Of a DNA stretch of 45,082 bases, positions 35,538 to 44,169 are shown piece after piece; position 1 is the first letter of the stretch; every line of letters starts with the position of its first letter. Source of the stretch: an uncultured Alphaproteobacteria bacterium (GTDB lineage Bacteria > Electryoneota > RPQS01); contig CAYJKM010000004.1 in the NCBI GenBank assembly GCA_964370805.1, forward strand, positions 1-45,082, written 5' to 3'. The notes below the pieces were generated by a model. It was not told the origin of the DNA. It did no database searches and saw only the letters and a program-made list of their open reading frames with translations. Both the position numbers and the translations under genes were made by a program.

Positions 35538-36077
35538 ATGAGTATGAACGCATCCGAAAATCCTCGAGGGACCCGTCTGGACGCGCGCCAGATTGCCGAC
35601 TACTGCGAACGTTACTACGGCGCGATCTTTCGTTACGTCGCGTACCGGGTAAATCATCGAACAGATGCCGAGGATCTTGCGTCGGAGGTTTTCGTGCGCG
35701 CCCTCGAGTCACAAACTCCAGTGCAGGTCTCTGCGCTTGGCTTTCTCTATCGCATCGCCGAAAACCTCATCATTGATTATTATCGCCGTTCGGCCAATCG
35801 CAAAAAGGTCTTCGAAGACGGCACTGCCGAAGAACTCCTCCTGATTGCCGATCCCGGCCCCGGTGATCTCACCGGCCGAATCGATCTTGCAAACAGCCTC
35901 AAGTCATTATCCGGCGAACAATATCTGGTGGTCGTCATGCGCTTCTTAGAGGGCTATTCGATTCAGGATGTGGCTGCTGCGCTGGGCAAAACGCCGGGAG
36001 CCGTCAAGGCTCTGCAGTTCCGTGCTTTGGTGAATCTGCGCAATGCGCTCGGAGTCAGATTGCATGAAACGACATAG
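35538..36077 (+). CDS. ECF (sigma-24 type) RNA polymerase sigma factor
   Basis: Region 2 (AEDLASEVFVRAL, IIDYYRR) and region 4 (VVVMRFLEGYSIQDVAAALGKTPGAVKALQFRALVNLR). Confidence 0.9.
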   Translation: MSMNASENPRGTRLDARQIADYCERYYGAIFRYVAYRVNHRTDAEDLASEVFVRALESQTPVQVSALGFLYRIAENLIIDYYRRSANRKKVFEDGTAEELLLIADPGPGDLTGRIDLANSLKSLSGEQYLVVVMRFLEGYSIQDVAAALGKTPGAVKALQFRALVNLRNALGVRLHETT

Positions 36078-36801
36078 CTCAAGATTAGCAGACCTGCTCC
36101 AATCAGCGCTCGAAGGTCGTACTCCCACAGATCTTACGGAACAGGAGCGCAAGGATGTCGCGCCGCTGATTAACGTGGCTGAGCAGCTTCGCGAGTTGCC
36201 GTGCCTTGAACCGGATCCGTCCGCCATTGTCCGTTGTCTTGCCCGCCTTGAGCGTGAAGAAGCGCCGGCTTCAAGACGGGTCGTTCGGCATGCTCGTCGG
36301 AGTCTCGTTTTGGCCTATGCTGCTTCGTTTGTCGTTATGATGTTGATCGTCGGCGGGGTTGCGGTAGCGACGGCGCATTCAAGTCTGCCCGGGGAGCTTC
36401 TTTATCCGGTCAAACGCGCCAGCGAAGACGTGCGCCTCTTCTTCACGACAAATTCCGCAGGGCGCGTTGAGTGGTGCGCTTGTTTGTCCCAGCGGCGACT
36501 CGACGAATTTGTTGCCATCGCCAAGTCAGGCACAATTCGCGGCAAGACTCTGCTGGCCATGCAAAAGGCCAATCACTGCGCGCAAGTGGCGGCAGAACGC
36601 GCATCGGATCCCAAACGTGACATGCTGATCGCGCAAGTAGGGCAACTGTGTCAGGCTCAGGGGGTCGTGCTGCAAGACATGAAAGGCTGGATCCCTGTGA
36701 AGGATACGGCCTTGGTGAATGCCGCCATCGCCGCGTGTGCACGACAATGTAAGGCCTGCTGCATCTGTCCCTCCGGCACGGAATGTGAATATGATCGATA
36801 A
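36064..36801 (+). CDS. Anti-sigma-factor-like single-pass membrane protein (DUF5667-like ectodomain, unverified) with a Cys-rich C-terminus
   Basis: It overlaps the sigma stop by 14 nt. The TM segment is LVLAYAASFVVMMLIVGGVAVATA, followed by LPGELLYPVKRASEDVRLFF. The C-terminus is CARQCKACCICPSGTECEYDR. Confidence 0.65.
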   Translation: MKRHSSRLADLLQSALEGRTPTDLTEQERKDVAPLINVAEQLRELPCLEPDPSAIVRCLARLEREEAPASRRVVRHARRSLVLAYAASFVVMMLIVGGVAVATAHSSLPGELLYPVKRASEDVRLFFTTNSAGRVEWCACLSQRRLDEFVAIAKSGTIRGKTLLAMQKANHCAQVAAERASDPKRDMLIAQVGQLCQAQGVVLQDMKGWIPVKDTALVNAAIAACARQCKACCICPSGTECEYDR

Positions 36802-36852
36802 TTCGCAAATCCCGCATTACAGAAACGACTGATAACAACAAAAGGAGAACAC

Positions 36853-37308
36853 ATGAAGAGCATCCGTCCACGCACTCTGCTCGCCTTGTCCGCACTGTTG
36901 CTCACTGCCGTGATCGTCATGAGTCCGGTCTTCGCCGGAGGCGGCGCCAGCTGCGGCAGCAAGGCCACATCATCCAATTCCGCGTTCTGCCCGCCCGGCT
37001 GCTGCATTTGCCCGGAAGACGAGTGCGGCGACGTCTGCAGCGGAGCGGCGTGCTCGTGGGATCAGTCCCATTGGAAAGGGTTGAAATACAGTTCGGACGG
37101 TCAATTGAAAAAGAGCCTCACCGAGAAGCAGGCCCGCAGCGTTGCCCTCCAGTACTGCAAGAAAGTCGCCGCAGCGAAGGGCCGAGTCGTCAACGTGACC
37201 GAGAACCCCGATTGCTACAATATCACGGTCGAGCAGCGCGACACAAAGCATGTACAGAAGTTCGACATCTCCAAGCACACTGCCTGGATTCGCGTGCTTG
37301 ACGCGTAA
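36853..37308 (+). CDS. Small secreted protein: Cys-rich N-terminal region sharing a CCICP motif with the anti-sigma tail, plus a PepSY-like C-terminal domain (tentative)
   Basis: AAAGGAGAA RBS and signal peptide LLALSALLLTAVIVMSPVFA. Eight Cys residues fall within CGSKATSSNSAFCPPGCCICPEDECGDVCSGAAC. Confidence 0.65.
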   Translation: MKSIRPRTLLALSALLLTAVIVMSPVFAGGGASCGSKATSSNSAFCPPGCCICPEDECGDVCSGAACSWDQSHWKGLKYSSDGQLKKSLTEKQARSVALQYCKKVAAAKGRVVNVTENPDCYNITVEQRDTKHVQKFDISKHTAWIRVLDA

Positions 37309-37342
37309 TCTCTGAAGCGGTTTCGCACTTTCTTCGAAATGC

Positions 37343-37373
37343 GACCGGGTCAGCCGTTAAGGCTGACCCGGTC
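37343..37373. terminator. Perfect 13-bp palindromic hairpin between convergent genes (GGGTCAGCC family)
   Basis: GACCGGGTCAGCC-gttaa-GGCTGACCCGGTC. Confidence 0.7.
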
Positions 37374-37402
37374 TCTCGTGTTGCTTCTCTAATTCCGGCG
37401 AG

Positions 37403-38038
37403 TTAACTCACCAAACTTCCTTCCTTGCTGTACACGTTGCCGACGAGCTTTGCGCTTGGCTCCAATGTGACGTCGCCCTCATCCTTCCACTTGGAAGGGC
37501 AGGCCTTGACGGGATGCTTGGACACATGCAGATATGCTTTGAACTTCCGCATGAGCTCGTCAATGTTGCGTCCCACGTTGAAGTAGTTGACATCCTGCGA
37601 CAGCAGTTTCCCATCCGGATTGATGATAAACGTGCCGCGCAGCGCCAGTCCGGATTCTTCATCGTAGACTCCGAACAGCTCCGAGAGTTCATGCGTCGCG
37701 TCCGAACCCATTGGATACTTCACCATGCGCAGTCCGTTTTCGTGGCGTTGCCACGCCAGATGCACGTATTCCGTGTCAGTGCTGACAGTGATCAGCTCCG
37801 CGCCGAGACGGTTAAATCGTTCATGCTGCTCTGCCAGAGCAGCAAATTCCGTCGCTCAAACAAACGTGAAATCGGCCGGATAGAAAAAGAGAATCGTCCA
37901 ATGCTTGGCCGCCTTCGCCGCGGCCAGAGAAAACTCGCCGAATTCGCTTTTGACCGGATCGTACGTCTTGAGAGTGAAGTCGGGAACTTCATGGCCGACT
38001 CTCAATACGTCGTAGCCTTCTTCGCATTCGCAAGCCAT
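37403..38038 (-). CDS. Typical 2-Cys peroxiredoxin (AhpC/Prx1 type) with an in-frame TGA at the peroxidatic Cys position; candidate selenocysteine peroxiredoxin
   Basis: Two track ORFs (37856-38038 and 37403-37765) are in the same frame. Joined, they read FFYPADFTFV-[TGA]-ATEFAAL...HLAW, against the canonical FTFVCPTE. The resolving Cys sits in KACPSKW, and a hairpin lies 12 nt after the TGA. Confidence 0.8.
37825..37843 (-). promoter_or_regulatory. SECIS-like stem-loop downstream of the in-frame UGA
   Basis: GCUGCUC-UGGCA-GAGCAGC, a perfect 7-bp stem with a G-containing apical loop. It begins 12 nt 3' of the UGA at 37858-37856. Confidence 0.55.
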
Positions 38039-38188
38039 CTATGTGCTCCTTTCAGAGGAACGTTGAATCGAATATTCTTTTGGATAAAGAGGTTTGCTTA
38101 GGTAATATACTAAGAGCGGTTTCGAATCGCAAGTATGCATTTTTAATACGATAGTCTGCGTCCGATTTGCAATTCAAATGATAACAAG

Positions 38189-38215
38189 AAAGGTCAGCTC
38201 TCAAAGCTGACCTTT
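38189..38215 (-). terminator. Terminator of the efflux operon (GGTCAGC/GCTGACC family)
   Basis: AAAGGTCAGCT-ctcaa-AGCTGACCTTT, an 11-bp stem that is T-rich on both sides. Confidence 0.6.
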
Positions 38216-38240
38216 TCCATGTTACGGTAGAGTACGATGA

Positions 38241-41200
38241 TTAAGTTCCGCTCGTTTCGCGTTCAGGTTCGGGCGCAGGACGATAGGTGCGAAGGCGCAG
38301 CTTCTTGAATTTGCCCAGCCAAGATTCCATCTCAACGTAAAACGACGGAACGACAAGCAGACTCAACGCGGTGGAGACAATCAAGCCGCCGATCACCGCA
38401 ATCGCCATCGGTGAACGAATCTCCGAACCCGCGCCAAGTCCCAGTGCCGGCGGAATGGCCGCCATGAACGTCGCCATGCTGGTCATGAGGATTGGCCGCA
38501 ACCGGATCGGACCGGCACGCAGCATGGCATCGCGCGCGTTCAAGCCTGTGCTGCGGCCTTGATTCGCGTAGTCCACAAGGATGATCGAGTTCTTCTTTAC
38601 GATTCCTAAGAGTAGCAAAAGACCAATCATGCTGAAGATATTCAGCGACTTTCCGGCCAGCCACAGCGCGGCAGCCGCGCCGACTACGCTCAACGGGAGA
38701 ATCGTGAGGATCGTAAGCGGATGTGAAAGTGAATTGAACTGAGAGGCTAGCACCATGTAGGCGAAGATGATGCCGAGCACGAGCGCGAAGATCAAACTCT
38801 GCATGGACTCTTGAAACGCAACGCTGGCGCCGCCCAACACGATGCGATAACCGGTCGGAAGTCCGGTGGTCAGGCTCTGCACATACTCAATCGCTTCGTC
38901 CTGCGAGTGCCCCGGCGCCACGTTGGCGAAGAAGGAGATCGCGCGCTCCCGTTCGCGGCGCGAGATCGACTGCAAGGCGGGCAGTTCTTCATAGGTAATC
39001 AAAGCCGAAAGCGGAATCAACTCCCCGTCACGATTTCGCACACGCAGACGTTCCACGTCCTCGGGCCGTGTGCGCTGTTCGGCCAGCAGCCGGACCCGCA
39101 CGTCCACTCGCCGCCCGCCGGAGTTGTACTTTCCCGCACGCACACCGCCCACCAGTGCGTTAATTGCAGTTGCCACGTCTTCCACCGAAACTCCCAGGTC
39201 GGCGGCGCGGGCGCGATCCGGAATCACTCGCAGTTCAGGGACACCGATCCGGTAGTCAGTGTCCGTGTCCACGACCATACCGCTCTGCTGCAGCTCAACC
39301 ATGAGTCCTTCGCTGAGTTCCTCCAGATGCTTCCAATCCGGTCCGCGCAAGGAGAATTCGACCGGGAAACCGCGTTGCGCCGTGAAGCCTTGTTGGGAGA
39401 GGTCTTGCACCACGGCACGTACTCCGGGAATCGAGTTCAACATCCCCCGCAGCCGGCCGGCAAATTCCGCTTGAGTATCCTCACGTTCGCGCGGCGGACA
39501 AAGCGTCACAAACACAATGCCGCCGCTGAGGCTGCCGCCGCCAAAGCCGCCCACAATCGCCAGCGAGCGGCGGACTTCCCGCTGATTATTGATCACGGCC
39601 TCCACCTTCTTGAAGAGATTGTCAAGCTCGCCGAGGTCGGAACTCACGGCCGTTTGAATCCGAACCATAAGTCGGCTCTGATCTTGTGACGGAACGAATT
39701 CTCCCGGCAACGCTTTGAAAATGACGATCGCCAGCAGGAACAAGAAGAGGGCGCCGGCCAACACCGTGCCGGGGCGTTTAATCACTCGCCCAAGATTGCG
39801 TGAGTAATTCGTGCTCAGGCGGTGAAACATCGTGTCCACCGCGCGCCCGATCCGGCTGCGATACTGCCGCGAAACATCAAGAATTTGTGCGCAGCGCGCC
39901 GGTGCCAGCGTGACCGCCTCGACATAGGACAAGAGCACCGCCACGCACAGCGTCACTCCGAACTGTAGGAAGAACTTCCCGATGATCCCCTGCATGAAGA
40001 CCACCGGAATGAAAATTGCCACGACGGCAAGCGTTGCCGACATGGCAGAGAACGTGATTTCCCGCGTTCCCTCCAGCGCGGCCGTTACCTTGTCCTTCCC
40101 CATTTCGGCATGGCGCACAATGTTTTCGAGCACCATGATCGCGTCGTCCACGACAATTCCCACAGCCAGCGCCAGGCCCAGCAGCGTAAACGTATTCAGC
40201 GTAAAGCCGAGAAAGTAAATCACCGCAATCGTGCCGAAGAGCGACATCGGAATCGCAAAGAGCACATTCAGCGTGGTTGAAAAGGACCCGAGAAACAGCC
40301 AACAGATCAGTCCGGTCAGGATAATCGAGAGAATCAACTCCAATTCGATCTCGTGCACCGATTCCTCGATGAATACGGTCGAATCGAAATTGATGCCCAG
40401 CTCCATGCCTTCCGGCAAAGTCTTGCGGATCTTGTCCATCTCTTCGCGCACGGCTTGCGCGACCGCAACCGCGTTAGCGCCGCGCTGCTTGCGAATGCCC
40501 ATGCCCTGCGCCGGCTGGCCGTTCACGCGCGACAGGCGGCGAATGTCCTCGAATCCGTCTTCGACAATGGCCACATCTTCCAGATAAACCGGGCCGGCCG
40601 CCGTCTCGCGAACGACAATGTGGCGCAGCGTTTCCAGATCCAACGCCTCACCCATCACGCGCACACTTACTTCGCGACCCGTGCTTTCGAGTCGCCCGGC
40701 CGGCTGCTCGATGTGCTCGGTGCGCAGCGCATCGGTTACATCCGTAACGGTCAGACCCATTTCATCGAGCCGCGACACGTCCATCCAAATCCGGATATTG
40801 CGTTCAATCGAGCCCCCGACCGTGATCTCACCAACGCCGGGAACGGTTTGCAGTCGTTCTTTGACCTGATAGCGCGCAATGTCGCTCAGCAGCTGCTGCG
40901 AATAGGGCCCGGAAAGGCCGACCCACATGATCGGATTGTCTTCGGGATTGGATTTCGAAATGGTCGGCGCGTCAATGTCCCGGGGCAGCCGCCGCATGGC
41001 CGCCGAGACTTTCGATTGCACGTTCTGCATGGCCACGTCAACGTCGCGTGCGAGATCCAGTTCAACCGTGATCGAAGCGCTCCCCTGCCGTGAGACTGAC
41101 GTGAGACTCTTGATGCCTTCCACCTGTGAGAGCGCTTCCTCAAGCACTTCCACCACGTCATTCTCGACGACTTCCGGCGCGGCGCCTTCCCATGCTACGG

Positions 41201-41342
41201 AGACATTGATGGTTGGGAAGTCAACATCCGGAAATTGGCTGATGCCGATGCGCGAGACTGCCACCAATCCGAAGACAATGGTGGCAGCCATGATCATCCA
41301 GGCAAAGACCGGACGGCGGACGCAGACTTCCGTGATGTTCAT
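38241..41342 (-). CDS. RND-family efflux transporter permease (AcrB/HAE1-like)
   Basis: 1033 aa with a 12-TM, two-large-loop architecture. The N-terminus is the typical RRPVFAWMIMAATIVFGLVA, and VVDDAIMVLENI is present. Confidence 0.95.
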   Translation of the reverse strand: MNITEVCVRRPVFAWMIMAATIVFGLVAVSRIGISQFPDVDFPTINVSVAWEGAAPEVVENDVVEVLEEALSQVEGIKSLTSVSRQGSASITVELDLARDVDVAMQNVQSKVSAAMRRLPRDIDAPTISKSNPEDNPIMWVGLSGPYSQQLLSDIARYQVKERLQTVPGVGEITVGGSIERNIRIWMDVSRLDEMGLTVTDVTDALRTEHIEQPAGRLESTGREVSVRVMGEALDLETLRHIVVRETAAGPVYLEDVAIVEDGFEDIRRLSRVNGQPAQGMGIRKQRGANAVAVAQAVREEMDKIRKTLPEGMELGINFDSTVFIEESVHEIELELILSIILTGLICWLFLGSFSTTLNVLFAIPMSLFGTIAVIYFLGFTLNTFTLLGLALAVGIVVDDAIMVLENIVRHAEMGKDKVTAALEGTREITFSAMSATLAVVAIFIPVVFMQGIIGKFFLQFGVTLCVAVLLSYVEAVTLAPARCAQILDVSRQYRSRIGRAVDTMFHRLSTNYSRNLGRVIKRPGTVLAGALFLFLLAIVIFKALPGEFVPSQDQSRLMVRIQTAVSSDLGELDNLFKKVEAVINNQREVRRSLAIVGGFGGGSLSGGIVFVTLCPPREREDTQAEFAGRLRGMLNSIPGVRAVVQDLSQQGFTAQRGFPVEFSLRGPDWKHLEELSEGLMVELQQSGMVVDTDTDYRIGVPELRVIPDRARAADLGVSVEDVATAINALVGGVRAGKYNSGGRRVDVRVRLLAEQRTRPEDVERLRVRNRDGELIPLSALITYEELPALQSISRRERERAISFFANVAPGHSQDEAIEYVQSLTTGLPTGYRIVLGGASVAFQESMQSLIFALVLGIIFAYMVLASQFNSLSHPLTILTILPLSVVGAAAALWLAGKSLNIFSMIGLLLLLGIVKKNSIILVDYANQGRSTGLNARDAMLRAGPIRLRPILMTSMATFMAAIPPALGLGAGSEIRSPMAIAVIGGLIVSTALSLLVVPSFYVEMESWLGKFKKLRLRTYRPAPEPERETSGT

Positions 41343-42496
41343 CCGCGTGCTCTCCCGCTCAAGCTGTCGCCGCCGGGCTGTGGTTTCACAATCCGCACGG
41401 TGGCGCCGTTGCGCAACGCTTCCGCTCCGCGAATCACAATCGTTTCACCGTCTTCCAGTCCGGATTTTACTTCCACAAGACCGTCCGCCGTTCGAGCGCC
41501 AAGCGTCAGGGTGCGCTCTTCGGCCGTGCTGTCAGGGCGAATCACAAAACCCACGAAGCCGCGCTCGGTAGGGCGAATCGCCGTCTGCGGGATGACCGGC
41601 AGATCGGCGCTTTCGCCGAGCTCAACGGTCACCTCGGCAAATGAACCCGGACGCAGCGACGCACGATTCTCATCCGGCACTTCGGCGGTAACGGCGACCA
41701 TTCGCGTCGTTTCGTCCGCCGACTCGGCGACCGCCGTGATGCGCGCCCGAAACTGCTGCTCTATCCCGCGCACGACGAAAAACACATCCATGCCTTTGCG
41801 AACTCGCATCGCATCGAGCTCGGGAATCGAAAACTTAAGCAGCAACGGATCGCGTCGCACCAGCGTGGCAATCACGGTTCCCGGCTGCACATATTGCCCG
41901 GTCTGCACGTCGCGGGTTTGAATCACGCCGGAGAGCGGCGCCGCCGCGCGCGCATACTCGAGATTCAGTTGTGCCGTTCGCAGTGACGTTTCCGCTTGCG
42001 CGAGATTGGCTTTCGCCGCCGAAACACGGGTGCGCCAGGCGTCGATATCCTCTCGCTTGACGAGATCGGGGTTGCGCTGATTCAACTCTTCGCGCCGCGT
42101 CAATCCGGCCTGCGCTTCCTCTGTTTCTGCTCGAGACTTTTCAAGCTGCGCCTGTGCCGATTGTACGTCCAGTTCATATCGTTCCGGGTCAATCTCCACC
42201 AGCGGCTGCCCCGCCGAGACCACCTTCCCTTCCTGAAACAGGAGCCGTTCGATGACGCCCGGCACGCGCGCGGTCACTTGCACAATCTCGAATGCCTGAA
42301 TCGAACCGACCGCCGAAATGGAGAATTGCACGTGTTTGGATGCCACTTCCGAAACTTCGACGGGAAACTTGAGGGCGGGGCGACGGCCTTGTGCCGCGGC
42401 GCCTTCCTTTTTTGAGCAACCGCCCGTAACGCCAATCAGCAATGCAGTGGCGGCAATTGTGATGATGACGAATCGCAGAGAGTTATATGAATTCAT
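41339..42496 (-). CDS. Efflux RND periplasmic adaptor (membrane fusion protein, HlyD/AcrA family), probable lipoprotein
   Basis: Relaxed lipobox LIGVTGGC, a coiled-coil hairpin, and beta-barrel/MP domains. There is a 4-nt ATGA overlap with the RND gene. Confidence 0.9.
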   Translation of the reverse strand: MNSYNSLRFVIITIAATALLIGVTGGCSKKEGAAAQGRRPALKFPVEVSEVASKHVQFSISAVGSIQAFEIVQVTARVPGVIERLLFQEGKVVSAGQPLVEIDPERYELDVQSAQAQLEKSRAETEEAQAGLTRREELNQRNPDLVKREDIDAWRTRVSAAKANLAQAETSLRTAQLNLEYARAAAPLSGVIQTRDVQTGQYVQPGTVIATLVRRDPLLLKFSIPELDAMRVRKGMDVFFVVRGIEQQFRARITAVAESADETTRMVAVTAEVPDENRASLRPGSFAEVTVELGESADLPVIPQTAIRPTERGFVGFVIRPDSTAEERTLTLGARTADGLVEVKSGLEDGETIVIRGAEALRNGATVRIVKPQPGGDSLSGRARG

Positions 42497-42505
42497 AAGC
42501 AGATG

Positions 42506-43792
42506 TTATTCGGATTCGGTAAAGATCGCTTGCGGCCCGAGGCCCTGAGCACGGACCCGTTCGAGCAGCGCCTGTTGCAGCCCAAACCTCCGCCGGGCGA
42601 ATTCAGCGCGCGCTTCAAATTCAGAGACATTGGCGTCGGCTTGTTCGAGGGCCGTCGCTAACCCGAGTCGAAAGCGCTCGCGGACTTCGTCGGCATTTTG
42701 CTCGGCCACACGGACGCGAACTTCCGCCTGACTGAGCGCGGCCTGCGCCGATTGGAGATTGGATTGTGCGGTTTGGCGATCTAGTCTGACTTGCCGCCGC
42801 ACGGCCTGCGCCAGCGCGCGAAATTCACTGTGCTGGGCGGCGCGCAGTCCGGTATTCGCAATCAGCCCGGGATCAAATAAGTCCCACGTGAACGTCGCGC
42901 CGAACTGCCAGTCATTGGCGCTCGTGATACCCCAGTCATCCGGAGCATAGTACGTCATGCGCAGACCCAGATCCGGAAACCAGTCCAGCCACGGTTCACG
43001 CGCCCGGGCACGCGCCGCATCCGCGCGAAGCTGCGCGGAACGAAAATCCGGCCGAAGCGAGACGTCCACGTTCTCGTCGCGCGTGGTGTCAATCGCCGCG
43101 GTCGCTGCCGGTTCTTCAAGCGGCTCGTCAACATCGCGGCCCATCAGGTAACCAAGCAAGAGGCGCGCGTTCGTCAACGCGTTGTCGGCCTGAGTGCGCA
43201 CCAATTCGGCCGACGCCAATTCCAGTTCGAGGCGCGTCAACTCATTGCGGTTGGCCAGGCCCGCTTCGACTTTGTCGCGAGTATCCGTGACGAACTGCTG
43301 CGCAACTGACTGACGATGCCGTGCCGCTTCCGCCTGGCGCTCCCCGGAAAGCACTTCAAAAAAAGCGGCGGCAACCTCAAACGCCAGCGAGCGATGGGCT
43401 TCAACTGAGTCGTAGCGTTCCGCTTGAAGATCTTTCAGTGCGCCTTGCACGCGCGGAATATTGGCGAAGTCGAACAGTTCCAGATCGAGCGTCAGGTCCG
43501 CGTTGCGGGAGTCCTTCGGTACAACCACTTCGCGTTCGCCATCGACCGTGCGTACAATCTCCTTGTCGACCATCGTATATGCATAGGTCGCGGTCGCCGA
43601 GGGCAGCAACGCGGCCAGTGCGCCGCGCTTGAGGGCGCGCGCTTGTGCCACTCGTGCCGCCGCAATGCGAACCGTCTCATTATTCTCCGCCGCGCCGCGC
43701 AAAGCTTCGCTCAGTGTCAGCGCTTCCGAGACTCTGCAAGAGGCTAAGCTTAGAGCAAACAAAAACAGCCATCGAGACCGGAGGAGTTGCAT
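42506..43792 (-). CDS. Outer-membrane efflux protein (TolC/OMF family)
   Basis: Signal peptide and two tandem OEP repeats rich in Ala/Arg/Leu coiled coils (TLSEALRGAAENNETVRIAAARVAQA). Confidence 0.9.
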   Translation of the reverse strand: MQLLRSRWLFLFALSLASCRVSEALTLSEALRGAAENNETVRIAAARVAQARALKRGALAALLPSATATYAYTMVDKEIVRTVDGEREVVVPKDSRNADLTLDLELFDFANIPRVQGALKDLQAERYDSVEAHRSLAFEVAAAFFEVLSGERQAEAARHRQSVAQQFVTDTRDKVEAGLANRNELTRLELELASAELVRTQADNALTNARLLLGYLMGRDVDEPLEEPAATAAIDTTRDENVDVSLRPDFRSAQLRADAARARAREPWLDWFPDLGLRMTYYAPDDWGITSANDWQFGATFTWDLFDPGLIANTGLRAAQHSEFRALAQAVRRQVRLDRQTAQSNLQSAQAALSQAEVRVRVAEQNADEVRERFRLGLATALEQADANVSEFEARAEFARRRFGLQQALLERVRAQGLGPQAIFTESE

Positions 43793-44169
43793 GCGTGAGA
43801 GGCTTGTCAGATCGAGCCTGTGGTTGTCAGATTAATCGACGGGCGCGGCAGGGATTCAAACATGAGAAGCTCGGGGGAAGAGGGCTACTTGCTTGCCCCG
43901 AATCCGCATAAGTTAAGCATTTTTAGTAATAAGTCCACGATTCTGGTGGTCAGAGTCATATCTGTACCGGCGACGTGCGCACGCAAGAATCATAAATTAA
44001 TAGAAATAATGCGGTTAATACATGGATCACGCCTGATTCTGGAGGGTCAAGATTTCTGTTCCAGACCATCGTGCATTATCTTCGTTTTCCAACTCCTCTT
44101 CATACGCCTTGACTTTCTAAAGGTTGCATCGGATATTACCGGCATACTTGAACTGAAGGAGATGGATCT

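Noticed and set aside
36799-36855. The anti-sigma gene and the Cys-rich gene lie in the same frame with an open spacer after the TAA, suggesting possible read-through fusion
   Set aside because: Sharing a frame has a 1-in-3 chance expectation. The spacer contains a good RBS (AAAGGAGAA), and the downstream protein starts with its own signal peptide.
38811-41921. Long plus-strand ORFs (38811-39689, 40353-41093, 40927-41571, 41235-41921) over the efflux operon
   Set aside because: They lie antisense to clearly recognisable RND and MFP genes and have low-complexity Arg/Ser/Ala-rich translations.
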